A DNA stretch of 64,000 nucleotides from the human T2T-CHM13v2.0 reference genome, Homo sapiens: assembly GCF_009914755.1 (NCBI RefSeq), contig NC_060932.1; one strand, written 5' to 3'. Positions 1 through 14,785 of the stretch are shown here, piece after piece (position 1 is the stretch's first letter; the number at the start of each line of letters is the position of its first letter). The translations under genes were made by a program, and so were the position numbers. Under the pieces are notes generated by a model, which saw nothing but the letters and a program-made list of their open reading frames with translations, had not been told where the DNA came from and did no database searches.

Positions 1-668
1 TGAAATATTCACATAGGTGGCACTAACCTTAGCAACTGCTCAGTAGCTGCCGTGGTAGCTGGAAACGGCTGTCCTGCTGATTGCCTCAGTGTGTGATATC
101 TCCACCGCAGCAGCTCTGGGTTCGTCAGTGCAGGGGTGCTGCCTAGGACCTTAGCTAGTTATCATCCCCAGGTCATTTGCGTGGCTTAGTTTATCAAGTG
201 AGCTAACAGAAGTCCTAAAGGCCGGATCCGTGGGCAGGTGAAAGACCACAGGGACATTGTAATCGGGCAGGAAACCAGCCTGGATGCTCAGGAATGTGAG
301 AATCTCAGAGGGTAGTAATGGAGAGAGAGGAACACAAACACGATGAGGGAGACTTTAGCCTGTTTTACTCCTGCTTTAGCTAGTTACACTTCTGGTAGAA
401 AAAGAAGGAGAGAGAAAATTAAAAAATAAAAGATGTGACTGGTGTAGCCTTTCTTAACTGTTTACATCAGCCCATATTTGCATTGTTTCCTTTGAAAATA
501 CTGAATTCCATTCTCGTTCTCTGCTTAGAATATTTGGGTTTTCCATGTTTAATATACCGTAGACCATTTGTAACCAAAAAGCTATTCTTAGGTAAAGTGT
601 TTTTTCTTATATATTTTTACATTGAAAAAAAAACAAATTAGGAAGCCTTTTTGTATTTAAATGATTAT

Positions 669-975
<307 letters not shown>

Positions 976-1640
976 AAATGATTTAAACCTATGGATACCA
1001 ATGACTGCATTAATAATCATAGCTATTTAAAGACATGGCATAATAATTTGCTTTTCCCTTGGTTGCATTCCACTTATTAGGAAGTGGACTAAGAAGCAGA
1101 AACCCAACTTCCTGAAAATCTTGTTTTCCCAGGGTTTTCAGATGTTCTGTCTACATTGAAAGATGATAACAAAGCACTACCAGGGGCAACTTTGACACCT
1201 TTTGAAATTGAACAAATAGTACTGTGGTTCTTAGCCATGAAATGGAGTCCATTTTGGAGGTAGAACACTTCTTGCCTGGGGCACAGATACGTAAAAACAG
1301 ATTGCGCAAGGAATGTGCACAGATCACACAAAAGCCTCCCCACCCCCAAGAAAAAAAGCAAGTATATTATCACTACTTTGGATTTTATATTTTTCTAATT
1401 ATCTAGGTATAGAAAGTATATACTTTGAATAAAAGTGAACTGATAATTACTCTTCCAGACACCAAAACTTATTGTAAGGTTATATTAACAAAAACAGTGA
1501 GGTTTAGAGACAGACAAATAGAAAAATGGAACGAAACAGAGTCAACAATTAAACTAGCTTATGTATGGGAACCTGGAATAATATCAATTTTTTTTTAAGT
1601 TGTACAACATGTGCTATCTTTATGGATAAAAATAAATATA

Positions 1641-1945
1641 AGCTGGGCATGGTGGTTCACACCTGTAATCCCAGCACTTTGGGAGGCCAAGGTCGACTGA
1701 TCATTAGAGCTCAATAGTTCAAGACCAGCCTGGGCAACATGGAGAAACCCCATCTCTACCAAAAATACGAAAATTAGCCAAGCATGGTGGCACGTGCCTG
1801 TATCCCAGCATCTCAGGAGGCTGAGGTGGGAGGATCGCTTGAGCCCAGGAGGTTGAGGCTATAGCGAGCTGAGATTGCACCACTGCACTGCAGACCGGGA
1901 GACACAGTAAGACCCTGTCTCAAAATAATAATAATAATGATAATT
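1641..1945 (+). mobile_element. Alu SINE (AluJ-like) with (AAT)n tail
   Basis: Dimeric Alu with GGGAGGATCGCTTGAGCCCAGGAGG and AGACCCTGTCTC. Confidence 0.95.
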
Positions 1946-1954
1946 AATTAGACC

Positions 1955-2366
1955 TGGGGCAGGGACAGATTCCCTGTTCACTAACCCTCTTTTCTTGTCT
2001 TCGTGGGCACACAGCTAAAACCACCTTCCACAGCCTCCCATGCTTTTGGATGTAGCCACGTGTCTGAGATCTGGCTGATGGAAGGTGAGCAGAATTAATG
2101 CACCCACTTCCAGGCCTGACCCACTAAGGACTCACTGCACAATCGCCAAGCCTTCTGCACTCTTTTGGCAACCGTGAAGCCATGTGCAGAAATGGTGGAT
2201 CTACAGTGCGGAAGGAACTGGGGTCACTGAGTCAAGGCTTACAGTAAAGGCAACTGCCAATCAAAAATGTCCGTTGTGGACCTACTTGATAAATTTTTAT
2301 CAGATTAGATGACCTATACTTGTGAGTTTATTTGTTAAAGGAGCTAGCATCAACTTTTCTGGTACA
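1955..2366 (+). mobile_element. ERVL solo LTR (LTR33-like)
   Basis: GGGCACACAGCTA...CAGCCTCCC...CACTTCCAGGCCTG; ends TTTATTTGTTAAAGGAGCTAGC...TACA. Confidence 0.7.
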
Positions 2367-3626
2367 GATTTATTTAATACCATATGTAACATAACTTCTA
2401 TGTCATTAAAGATTTTAGAGGTGAAAACCTTTGGACACCTCTATAATGAAATATAGGAAACGATATTTATGACTTCAAGGTAAGAATGGAATGCTTGAAC
2501 AGGACACGAAAGCAAAACAGCAAATCATAAAGGAAAATGTTAGCAACCTTACAATTAAAAAGAAATTTGTATTATAAAAGCCATTATAAGCATCATAATC
2601 AGATTACATCAATGGGAACAGATAGGGAGAAGTTATTTACAATGCGTATAGCTCACAAAAGATTAGTATAGAGAAAATAAAAATTCCTGTAAATATTTTA
2701 AACAAAGAATGCAATAGAAGAAGTAAGCAAAAGATGCAAATGAGCAATTTCCAAAAGATAAAATCTGAATAGCCAACATAAATATGAAAGCATGGTCAAA
2801 TTTACTAGCAATTCCAGAAACGCAAATTAAATGACAATGAAAATTGGATAAATGTTTCAAAGCTTAACAATATCAAATGTTGGCAAGGATAAGGGATTAT
2901 AGTAACACATATACACTGCCAGCAGGGCTGTGAATTGGTGCAGCCACTTTGAAAGCAGTAGGGAATATTCAGTGTGGTTTTGCACGTAAATCCATTATAA
3001 CCCAGCATTCTACTCCTAGGCATATAGCCTGACAAAGTTATCACACATATATATGCAAGAAAATTTTCTATAGAAACATTTATAGTTGCAGAAACTGGGA
3101 AATAACTTTGAAGAGTTCATCGATAAAGGAAAGATAAGTAAATTCTGGCATGGCAATAAAATTGTATGCTATAGAATAGTAAAAACTAATAAATTGGATG
3201 CATATGTTTTAACAACAGCATGGAAATGGAATAAGAATAAATATTTCTACATTTTCAAAATAGGGAATGCTCCATTTGGCACTTTATCACTTTCGTAGAG
3301 AGGGCAAACAGGTAAAGGAAAGACAAGGATGCAATGTGGATCTGTAACTGTGGCTGTCTCTGTAATAGTTTGCTTCTTTCAAAAAAGGCATTTAAAGCAA
3401 ATATACCAAAAAAATACATTCGTTACATCTAACTTAGATTCTGTTGTGTTATTTTCTATGTATTTAAAAGTCTTTAAATGAAAAAATAGTTAAAATGATA
3501 CAAGTCAATATGATAACTACGCTGTAAGAATGATTTATCCTATACTTATCCCATACTCTTTGAATTAATATCTTCTCATGAGGACACAAAATATTTTACA
3601 CATCATCCCCACAAAAAAAAAAATGA

Positions 3627-3718
3627 AATAGAAAGAAGGAGGGAAGAAAGGAGACGGGACTTAAAGGAAGAGAGAGAAAGAGAAAAGAAGGGAGAAAGAA
3701 AGGGAGGAAAGGAAGAGA
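3627..3718 (+). repeat. GA-rich low-complexity purine tract
   Basis: AGAAAGAAGGAGGGAAGAAAGG... nearly pure purine. Confidence 0.85.
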
Positions 3719-3919
3719 ATATTTTTTGTCTTAGAAAGATGTATTGTTTATACAAATGAAAAGATGACAATCTACTGAGAAGAGACACTTGCTGAGAAAC
3801 TAGATTCTTCATTTGTTAGCACACTAAAAAACGAACTTTACTATTAAGGTTATGAAATGCAGGTATCTTGGGCTGTCTCAATAATTGATAAATTCAACAA
3901 ACACCTAAGTAGACATTAA

Positions 3920-4085
3920 TCTCATACCATTGTATTTCATCTTCATAACAAGCCTCTGAGGCAGTAAAATTGAAACTCAAAGGAGTAAGTTGATCCTGAT
4001 CAAATAGCTAATAGGGGAAGGGTCTGAATGTGAACCCAGGTCTTCTGAATTCTAATACACTCCTTATCCCACAATACTACAGCTA
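3920..4085 (-). mobile_element. MIR SINE fragment
   Basis: CATCTTCATAACAAGCCTCTGAGG...GAAACTCAAAGGAGTAAG...TGAACCCAGGTCTTCTGA. Confidence 0.65.
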
Positions 4086-5138
4086 TGTAGAGAAGAAAAA
4101 AAAGTACACTACCAAGACTTGTTTCCACACTTCCAAGTACTGACATCATTAAAATCATTTTTTGAGGGTTGAGGCTTATGTTTTAATCTCAGATTTTTCC
4201 ATAAAAAAATAAAAACACTAGCCCCCACCACCCCCAAGTAACCTTTTTACTTTTAACTAACCTAGAGACTGTTTAGCATTCCGTGAATTTTCTCCACTCA
4301 ATAGTTCCTGGTTTAGAGCAGGGAAATACAAGGTAAGTTATTGCACACCATCCGAGACTGAGATGGAATTAAATGAGTGCCCCAAAATGACTAGAACAAC
4401 CAGAAAAATCAAAGGTACCACTTTGGGACAGGTGCTTTCTCTCAATTAACTTAAAACTTGGCTAATTTTGGGAGAAAAGTGAATGATGGTTGTGATTAAA
4501 ATCATCACATGGGCATCTGATGGTATGCCGTAAACATGATCCAAAGTTAACGCAAAGAGGTTTAATGGCCTGGACCGCAGCGAGCATTATCATTCAGGGC
4601 TATTGCAGAGCCTTAGGCAGCCTCTCAGCTTGACTAGCAAGCGGCCTAACACTCCCCATCAATTGCTTGCATTCCAGCAATAGAATAAAGCTCACGCTTC
4701 ACAAAGCTTCAGAACTCAGTTCGTACAACTGTCAAATGGATGATCTCCAAGGCTCTTTTTAGAAAATCTATGGTGTCTTTGCCAACAAGTAATCCCCATC
4801 CCATACAAGAGGGACATATGCAACATACCAGTCGCCCAGTCTGTGTTCAAGGGAACCAACAGAATGGTGACCTCAAAGCCATCAACCCTGTTCAGTGAAA
4901 TCACTTTCATTTTGGGGGTGATTTGTTTCTAGAATGATTATTCCAAATGGCATGCACGCTGATACTCATTATTCATATTCACCCCATGCAATGCACTAAT
5001 TTTCTTACTATTGCACTAAACTTAGAATGCATAGTGCCCTCACCACCCCCTGCAATCTTTTCTTTCACTCATTTGATGGGGGAAAATTCAGTACATTAGA
5101 TGTTTCCAAATATACCCCTATTATCAACAGTGGCCCTT

Positions 5139-5313
5139 TATAAATTTCAATTTTTAATTTTTGTGGGTACATCATAGGTGTACAGACTTTTGGGGTAGAT
5201 GAGATGTTTTGAGACAAGCATGAAATGTGAAATAAGCAAATCATGAAGAATGGGGTATCCGTCCCCTCAAGCATTTACTCATTGAGTTGCAAACAATCCA
5301 ATTATACTCTTTA
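5139..5313 (-). mobile_element. 5'-truncated L1MA1-3-like 3' end
   Basis: TGTGGGTACAT...GAATGGGGTATCCGTCCCCTCAAGCATTTA; 16-bp TSD ATCAACAGTGG(C/T)CCTT at 5123-5138 and 5314-5329. Confidence 0.9.
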
Positions 5314-6190
5314 ATCAACAGTGGTCCTTGACCAGCACCCTGCTGCCACCCAAAAAATGCATGAGAAATGGCCTCTCCGTGAGCTAGTTATCTTCTTTTG
5401 CCATCCGGTTCTATTTTTATCAGTTTATTACACTCCTTCTGACATTGGCTAGGATCCAGGCCCTTAGAAACTGCCTGGCAAAAAGCACTCTAGAGAGGGC
5501 ATGCTGCTACATAAAATGCATCTGTCACCCCAATTTATGCAAATCACAGGCAAGGACCATTTTTAAAATTAAAAAAAAAAACTAGTAAGAACTTTCTAAT
5601 ACAGAAGAAAGAAAATTCAAATTCAGATGAAGAAAGTGGCAGGAAGGTGTGGGGAGTGAGTCCTTCTATTCAAAACTTAGAAACGACACCATTCCCAACC
5701 CCAGAAGGAAGACTGGTCCAGGTGGGAGACCTAAGTCCCATAGGAGGTAAATTGTAGATGTGAAATTCTCACACACCTGGCAGCCTCCTAGCAGAAAGGA
5801 GTGATTCTTGTGTTGCCTAAATGTCTTGGCTTGGTGTGTGTTTCTGTTTATGTCAGGGGAAAGGAATTTTAGGAAAAGCTGAGAACAGTAGAGTTGAATA
5901 ACTATAATATGATTCATCTCATAGGAAACCTAATATTGACCTCAGACAAAACTCCACCTCATTTTTTTTCCTTTAATATAAAAAATGCTTTTTCCAGTGT
6001 ATAACAGGAATAGTCCATCACCCCTAGGCTCTGGACGCTTAAGAAATGGATGCCCAGGAGAAGCACAGGATCTCAAACATAGTTGAGAGCAAATGAAGCC
6101 TCAGGAGACTTCAGGACAAGGACAAGGAAATGGTTGCCTCATATTAAAAGAAAATAGTTGATCTGTTAAAAAAAAAAAAGAAAAAAAAAA

Positions 6191-6485
<295 letters not shown>

Positions 6486-7305
6486 AAACATGGAACAGTA
6501 TTAGTACTTTATGAACTTTCAGTTTTGAGATTCCCTTGAATAACTAGAACACATAATTATTTGTTTGGCAGAAACCATTAATCCCACTATCATGTTTTCC
6601 CAAGATGAGAATAATATGCATATTCTCTAGTATTGTCTAGGGAGAATTCCTTCTTCAACCATTATTTCTTCATACCTTTACAGTACTGATGTCCTCTCTA
6701 ACATTCTAGTAAAATGCAACACTTTTCTATTTTAAAAAAACTTGAATTTTTCCAAGCCATAAGTCTTACTGCAATTTCTGAATTTGCATTCTATGAAAGC
6801 CTATTTGCTCTATCTTCACCTTATTTGAATGAATGAGTGCTAGGTTTGTCTAGAAACTGTAACGATTTTAAGAAATGTATAACTATATTTAACATGCTGT
6901 ATTTACGGGGTACGTGACAATTAATTCCACATATAATCATTCCATTCTATCTTGATTTGCACAAAGCCCATGGTAACAAGGAGAACATGTGTTATTGCTC
7001 TGGGTTTTACAGAGGGGTCAGCGCCCAGCATGGCTGAGAGACAAGTACATCCTTGTGCCATGCTCTGATGCTGAGTCCAGTCTTCTTTTCTTTCAAAGTA
7101 GCCATTTGTAAACTGACACACTTATGTTTCTATTTCTCAAACCACTTTCAGACCTATTTGGAACCTGCCTTCACAGCTTATGGATTATTTTTAAGATTCT
7201 AAAATAAAAATAGAAATTTATCATCTTTGACATAAAAAAGGCCCAAAGAGGACTCCAAGCTTCTACTAGTAGGACACACCAGGATGCATTTTTTATTCTG
7301 TTACT

Positions 7306-7743
7306 TGATGTGATTTGGATGGTTTGTCCCCTCCAGATCTCGTGCTAAAATGTGGCCTCCAGCAGTGGAGGTGGGCCTAGTGGGAGGTGTTTGAGCCATG
7401 GGGGTAGATGCTTCATGAATGGCTTGGTGCTGTCCTTGCTGCAGTAATGAGTGAATTCCCACTCTATGAGTTTACATGAGATCTGGTTATTTAAAAGAGG
7501 CTGGCCCCTTCTCCCTCCCTCTCTTGCTCCCTCTCTCTCCCGCTCCTGCTCTCGCCATGTGACATGCTGTCTCCCCTTCAGCTTCCTCCATGAATGGAAG
7601 CTTCCTGAGGCTCTCACCAGAAGCAGATGTCAGCACCATGATTCCTGTACAGCCTGCAGAACCGTGAGCCAAATAAACCTCTTTTCTTTATAAATTATCC
7701 AGTCTCAGGTATTCCTTTATAGCAACACAAATGAACTAAGACA
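7306..7743 (+). mobile_element. MaLR solo LTR (MSTB-like)
   Basis: TGATGTGATTTGGAT...AATAAACCTCTTTTCTTTATAAATTATCCAGTCTCAGGTATTCC...CTAAGACA. Confidence 0.9.
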
Positions 7744-8111
7744 CTGCTGAAGAAACAAGATGTGTTTACACTTCTTCAAGCACCTGTGACGCAGAGCCTC
7801 ATCCAGGAAGGGCATGAAACAGCCCCAGAAGAAAGGTATCCACCCGGCCAAACATCCCAGAGGGGGCTGCAAAGGCCCTGAAGGCCTGACCCATGTGGGA
7901 TGTCCTAATAAATCTGGGACTGAAAATGTGTTAGTCACTTCCTAAGCACAGATGTGCTTTTGTTTCTGATAGATAAGACTGCAGTCTTTATTACTTTAAT
8001 ATTGCATCTCTTGACTCAGAACACAAAGCCCTCAATATCTGAGGGTTTATGATAATTCTCAATAGCATTTAACCTGGGCACCAACATAGTAAGTAGTTTC
8101 TAGGACACCTT

Positions 8112-8212
8112 CTGCCTCTGCCTTCCCTCTCTCCTCTCTCTCTCCCTCTCTCTCTGCCTCTCTCTCTTCCTCATCCTCCTCTGTCTCCCTCATCCTCCTG
8201 TCTCTGTCTCAT
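8112..8212 (+). repeat. CT-rich low-complexity tract
   Basis: (CT)n-like polypyrimidine run. Confidence 0.85.
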
Positions 8213-8635
8213 TCTGCACCTCCCCCCGCCCAGTTTGTCCCAGGGGCTCATGCTCCTTAGTACCTGCTGGTTTGGGTTTTCTTGATGGTGTTGTTGCTGC
8301 ATCCCCTGCCCACAGTCTTTTACTCTTTTCAGGTCTTTTTCTCCACTCCACATCCTTTATCCTACTGTCCTTTGTAAGATGAAGACAAGCTTCCTTTCCA
8401 GGTAATGGCAACTCCTCCTGTAGTCCCCAAAGGAGTGTGTTTTTTTCACTCATGCCAAGACCTCTCTGAAGAACTTGAAAAGTCTGCAGAGCATCCTGGA
8501 AGGGGCCTTCAAATGCACTTGCTGCAAATGGTCAACCTGTTCCCTGATTATTTTTCCCTATCTCTTACCAGCAACTGTGGGAGTGGGGACAGGGCTTATA
8601 TACCAACCCATTTTTAACCTATGAATCTCAGGACC

Positions 8636-9003
8636 TGTGTTAGTCTGTTCTCACACTGCTAGAAAGACACAGCCGAGACAGTAATTTATAAAGGAAAGAG
8701 GTTTAATTGACTCACAGTTCTGCATGACTGGGAGGCTTCAGGAAACTTACAATAATGGAGGAAGGTGAGAGAGAAGCAAAGGCATGTCATACATGGCGCA
8801 GGTGAGAGACAGTGAGCAAAGGGAGAAGAGCCCCTCATAAAACTATCAAATCTCATGAGAACTCACTATCACAAGAGCAGCCAGGGGAAAACCAGCCCCA
8901 CGAGTCAATCACCTCCCACCAGGCCTTGCCCTCAACACATGGGGTGATGGGGATTAAAATTCGAGATGAGATTTGGATGGGGAAAGGGAGCCAAACCATA
9001 CCA
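8636..9003 (-). mobile_element. MaLR solo LTR (THE1D/MSTA-like)
   Basis: TGTGTTAGTCTGTTCTCACACTGCTA...GCCAAACCATACCA; 5-bp TSD GGACC. Confidence 0.92.
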
Positions 9004-10659
9004 GGACCCAACTATCACTCCAAATCCCTCATCATTCTAAGCCCTGGGGCTCTCTTGCAGATAAGATACCAGGTAGCCCACCCTGATGTCCCAAGAGTCC
9101 TGTGGGAGACAAGAATATTAAGACTTAGCTATGACCTCACAACCCTGGAAAGCTGCCAGAGACTGTGCATTCTTTGTGCTCACCATGGCAGCAGGGTATT
9201 TACAGCCACTGCTGTGCAAGAGGGCATACTGGAGCTGATTTGGGTTTGTAAATGATGACCAAGTTTGCAGCAAGAAGGCTTTGAGGATGGAATCGATCTA
9301 GACAGGTGGATCTCGCAGGAGGCAGAAAAGAGATGAAGCTGACAGAGCGGTCAAAGCATAAAGGGGAGAAGGAACATGGCGCAGAGAAGCAGAAGTGCTT
9401 GCAACAGGGGCTCCAAGTGAATCACAATGATATTGATGATTGGGAAAAAATAAGTGAGAGAGACAAAGCGGGACTAGAATGCTGAGCCTGAAAATGTGAA
9501 GAAACAGCTATTTATTGGATGAGGTGAGAAAAATAGACAGTAATAATTAATTTTAGAGCAGGAAAGTGACATGATAAAAGTAGTGTTGTAAAAATATTAA
9601 CACCATACAATCATCTAGAATGCATTCCAAGTGGGAAGACTTTTCAAGAGACCACAAAAATAATCCAAACTTGAAAAGGAGCTCAACTTTAATGGCAAAA
9701 GCAAGCATGGAAAGAAGAAAATAAATCCAAGAGAAATTTTTTAAAGAAGAAATTTCCAACTAATTTGTAATGAAATAAGTATAGGGTAAGAGAGATTATC
9801 ACCTCCTAAGTTTAAGAAACATCCCACAGAACAGTTCTGGATTCATTATACCATTAACGGGAGAAAGTACTATATTCTTGTTTCTTTTGGGTGTCCGAGC
9901 GCAAGAACAAAACCGTTCCTATAGTTCTTAATGTTGCCTACCGATTTAACATTTCTGGCATTTTCAATATTGCATCAGAAATTCTCTATGTCATATGTTA
10001 TGTAGAAAAAGAAGTTTATTATTTCTCCAGTTTATCTACAGACAATGAGCCTATTGTATTTATATCTTCACTTCTGCTTTACTTTCAGAGGTTGCACCTG
10101 AATATTCAGGACTATTCAGTCAACACAGGCTGGTGGGTGGTAAATGTAATGTCATTTCATGATACATTTGAGAGTAGTATTTTCTCCCTGAAAAATTGAA
10201 TAAAAGGCATACAAGGACATCCGGCTCTGATTTTAAATTCAAATGATAAACCTGCTGCAATGTGTATATTAAAAAAGAATACACTGTATTCTTCAACTAT
10301 AGCTTATATGATTTCTCTTTCTTCATTTCACATCATTCTTCCATTTCACATAATCGCAATATCCTTCATATGACAATTCAGTAGAATCTTTCAATTCCAA
10401 AGTCAATGGAGATGGTCACATAAAATATCTCTGACTGTCAAAATTGCTCTAAGATTGTTTATGGCTACATTTGCCCCTGGCCAAGCAATCAGTTGAGAAT
10501 TTGAGCATCAGGATATGTCGCTGCTAAAATGTTTATGGTAATATCTGGATTTGTGCAATTAATCATTATATAACCCTCACTTTGTAACTCTGAGATTCAA
10601 AGGAATACGCTAATACCTGAGTCTGATTCCATCCCCAGTCTTGTCCTGGAATACACAGA

Positions 10660-10880
10660 CGGTAACAACAGTAGCGCTGAATCAAAGCTTTATGTAGTGG
10701 AAGGCACTGAGCACAGCCATTTCTATGAATTGTCTGATTTAATACTCTAACGACACCATGTTGGGTACTACTTCAATCTTCTCTTTTACAGAACTGAATC
10801 ATAGAGTTTCAGTAACTTCTCCAGGAATACTTGCTAGCAATCTACACATGATTCACTGATGTAAGTCTTGTGAGTGAGTT
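10660..10880 (-). mobile_element. MIR SINE fragment
   Basis: TGATTTAATACTCTAACGACACCATG...TTTTACAGAACTGA. Confidence 0.5.
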
Positions 10881-11599
10881 GTACACAGAACACTATCGGT
10901 GCTCCGAGAAAGACAAAGACAACAGCAATACACAGGAAGACATCCCAGGGTGACGACATATGAGCTGGGTGCTAGCAGACTTTGGATTTCTAGGGAAACA
11001 CAACAGTAGTCCAAGATCTTGTGTATAAGATCCTTATAAAGAAGAAATATACAAAAGTTTAGTTGCTATGCCCAGGATACTTAGACAACATTCTCATGAC
11101 TCAAGTACTGAAGTCTCAATACCTTGAACAATCTCTCTTTCTCTCCTCTCTCTCTCTCCCCCTTTCCTTCTCCCTACATCCACAGAGGCTACCACAATTA
11201 CCATGTCTTTAAGATACCAAACTCTTACCAATTTTTTTGAGCAATTTTCTTTGCCTTCTAATTCACTGTGCACAGAAAAATTACTTATCTGGACACCCTA
11301 CTTGTTCTTCAGCCCTGGGGAAAGGTAAGAGGAGAGGACTCTCCAGATGAAGGAAGAGCATTGCAAGGCCTCACAATCCAAGAATATAGGCTGCATATAT
11401 TTACCATCCCTCCAAGAAGAAGCCTTTCCATTTTTTCTAGTGTTGTGTTCTACATGCTTCAATGATGACCACATGGTTCTAGAACTCAGAAATTCAATAA
11501 TTTTGCAAAAACTGAAGATATAGAATTTAAATAATATCATCCATTGCATTTTCAAATCTTAAAAACCTGAAATTTTAAACATGTCTTCATATGAACAAC

Positions 11600-12302
11600 T
11601 CTCTCTCCCCATAATACTTGCCTTTCCTATAAATATGTCAAGCTCAGTTAATCTTTTCTGAATACTAGAGTGGATTTGCAAAAAGATGGACATTTTCTGC
11701 TTTATTCCAGTATCTCCAGTGTCTCTTAACATTTTTGATGCCTTCATCATAGTAAAATGGCTTTCATTTATGACTCCCATTTCTTCTAAAACTTTCCCAA
11801 GACTACTTCCCAAACTCAAGCCTTCATTGCCACTGACCTAACCCAGTACAATAGCTTTGCGGTCCCCTATATTGTATCTCTGCCTTCAGTGGTCTTGCTG
11901 CAATGCCTCCTCTACATTACCACCCAGGTATCTTCCTACCACATCAGATTCATTGGGTTATTTTTCTCCTCAAAAAATTCTGATGGATCCTCTTTGTATA
12001 TAGAACAAAAATCCTTAGCCGGCCGGGCATGTTGGCTCACACCTATAATCCCAGCACTTTGGGAGGCCAAGGCGGGTCGATGACAAGGTCAGGAGTTCGA
12101 GACCAGTCTGGCCAACATAGTGAAACCCTGTTTCTATTAAAAATACAAAAAAATTAGCTTGCCATGGTGGCGGGCGCCTGTAGTCCCAGCTACTCAGGAG
12201 GCTGAGGCAGGAGAATCACGTGAACCCAGGAGGCGGAGGTAGCAATGAGCTGAGATCACGCCACTGCACTCCAGCCTGGGTGACAGAACGAGACTCCATC
12301 TC

Positions 12303-12351
<49 letters not shown>

Positions 12352-12775
12352 TTAGCCTAGCATTAAACATCTTCCATAAGCTGGGCCTAATATACTTTTT
12401 CTATTTCATGCTCTACTTCATTCTTAATCTATCAGGGTAATACAGATACCAATTAGAACATGTCCTATCTTTCTTGCCTGTGTGATTTCATCCCCAAATT
12501 CCTTTCACTGAGTGTACAGTCACTAGATTTGCTCATATAAGCCCCATTATAGCTCAAGGCTCAATTTGGATTCACCCTCCTCTGTAAACCCACCCTTCAG
12601 GTTGAACTTAATTTTCCGCATGGATTTTGTCCTTATCTTTCTGGTGCACCTTCTGTTCTGAGTTGTATTACAGTTACTTGCACACATGACTGTAAATCAT
12701 AAAGAGCTTGACCATGTGCCCCACAGGGAGCCTGACCCTTAGCATGTGCTCAGGCAAGATGTGTTGCATGTAATT
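11600..12775 (+). mobile_element. L2 LINE 3' region (degenerate), interrupted by an Alu
   Basis: Pyrimidine-rich L2-like motifs (CAAGCCTTCATTGCCACTGACC; AAAATCCTTAGCC; TGTGCTCAG...TGTTG end). Confidence 0.55.
12021..12347 (+). mobile_element. Alu SINE (AluSg-like) with A-tail plus (TA)n microsatellite
   Basis: GGCCGGGCATG start; TSD ATCCTTAGCC on both sides; (TA)n at about 12318-12347. Confidence 0.95.
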
Positions 12776-14378
12776 CTTCCCAATGCTGAACTTCAAACTT
12801 CTCCATTGGACACTTTCAGGCATTTATTGGTCAGTTGCACTTCTCCAGTCAATGAGAATAGAGTCTTTGAGATAAAATCCATCTATTGTCTTGTTGGCAG
12901 GCCACATATCCAGCCCATCTGTGCCGATGCCACAGACAGCTTGAATAACATCTGTTAGGCACATACATTAATGAGACTCTATGCCCACCTATCCATCAGA
13001 ATCGAGACAGCAATGAAAGTAATTTAACACACGATATTGTCTATTGAAAGGCCCGCAAAAAATGAAACCCTAAGATATATCATGCCCTCAGTTAATTCCT
13101 TTCAGTTAACTTTGAAACTTTGAAACAACCCATTCTAATTGTCTCATAAAAACTAAGCAATCCAAGCTGTATTTGGAGATGGCTGATGATATATTTATTT
13201 CACAATGGCCCACAACACTCATTTAGTATTACCTTTAAACTGTCTTACAACTCTATATGTTTTGGATACATCCCTGCTCTCTTCGAAGAACTTATTTCTC
13301 TGTCTCTGAGAAGAGTAATTCATTCTAAGGATCCAAGATTATTTTACTCTGTAATTGCCAGAAGAAAGATTTCATCTTGATTATATTTTAAATAATTCAC
13401 TATAATTTTTTACTTTTATACGTAGTTTGAACCACCATACCAGTTCATTTCCATTGAAATATTTGGCATTTGTTTATACTAGTCTTGAGAGAGAAGCATG
13501 GTTGGAGAAAACTTTATCTTATGATATTGTCTAATTAACTAGCAAATAATTCTGTATCACCAGCAGCATTCTCGTTGCTAGATGGAATAATATTTCAGCA
13601 AGCAGCATATTGCACCTATTGATATATGAAATGGAAACCTAAACAGTAGTCTGAGACCTGAGACTAGAGATCATTTGATGAGGAGCTCATACATATGTGT
13701 ATAACTTCAGGATAAGGAATTTTTAGTAGATGGGGTCCTCTCATGTTAGATAATCTTCATGAAGTGATTCGAGCGGAAACTTGAGTACTGATTTCATGAC
13801 CTTTAATCAGTTTTTAATGTCTTTCATTGTTATGTTTTGCTGTCTGCTTTGCAGATATATGAAATGTAATAAAGATACAGCAAACAAAATTTAGCTAGAG
13901 AATAGAGTATAAAGTAACCCCAAATTCAAGATAGACGTTAGCCTCATTTGAATGACTGAGCCACATGCAAAGGCCACTTAAAATGAGTTAATAATTAATT
14001 AAGCACTAATTAATTGAATAACTGGAAATTATAAATATTTAGAAATGTATAGTAGCTTATCCATGATGAAGTATTAGAAAGAGAATAATACATGCTATTG
14101 TCTTAAGTCCTAATAGCTTGACCATTTCCATTAATTTGAAATGATCAAACTCATATAGTATCAAAATCAAAATTAGATATCAGCATATTCTACCAGAAAT
14201 TAGATTTGAATTAATTTTATTAAATACAATCATATTTAGTTATAAACCGGGGTGTGAGAGAATTGTATTTTTTCCTTCGATAATGAATCACTTTTCAGCA
14301 TAAAATGTGAACAGTAGATATGTCTACCAATAGACATGTCACCACAGTGACACACTACACTTGTCAATAAAAGCATAT

Positions 14379-14785
14379 TGTGTTGGTTTGTTTTGTATTG
14401 CCATAACAGAACACCACAGATTGGATAATTTATAATTAACAGAAATTTATTGGCTCATAGTTCTGAAGGCCGGAAAGTCCAATATTAAGGGCCAACATGT
14501 TCAGTCTTGGTGAAGGCCCAGTCTCTGCTCCCAGATGTCCTCTCAAATGCTGCTTCCGCCAGAGGAGAGGAACACGCTTCCTCACGTGGCAGAAGAGCAA
14601 AAGAGCTGAGAGAGATCACTCCTTAAAGCCCTTTTATTAAGACATTAAACTCAACCACGAAGGTGGAGCCCTCATGGCCCAATTACTTCTTAAAGGCCCC
14701 CCTCCCAATGCCATTATGCTGGCAATTAAATGTGGCAATTAAATTTCAATATGAGTTTGAGGAAGCAAACATTTAAATTATAGTA
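14379..14785 (-). mobile_element. MaLR solo LTR (MSTC/MSTD-like)
   Basis: ATTGCCATAACAGAACACCACAGATTGG...GGAGCCCTCATGGCC; TSD CATAT/TATAT. Confidence 0.85.

Larger units (their letters stand above)
1440..3490 (+). mobile_element. Old L1 (L1M/L1ME-like) ORF2 end and 3' UTR, fragmented; interrupted by AluJ and LTR33
   Basis: A-rich with L1-like motifs (ACAGACAAATAGAAAAATGGAAC; AAATGTTGGCAAGGAT; TTGGTGCAGCCACTTTGAAA; CCCAGCATTCTACTCCTAGG). Confidence 0.75.

Noticed and set aside
150-245. Faint resemblance to a tRNA-derived ancient SINE
   Set aside because: Too degenerate to call by eye; no cloverleaf or clear A/B boxes.
1092-1262. Protein-looking open frame (ETQLPENLVFPGFSDVL...)
   Set aside because: Short, bounded by stops, weak donor site and no recognisable homology.
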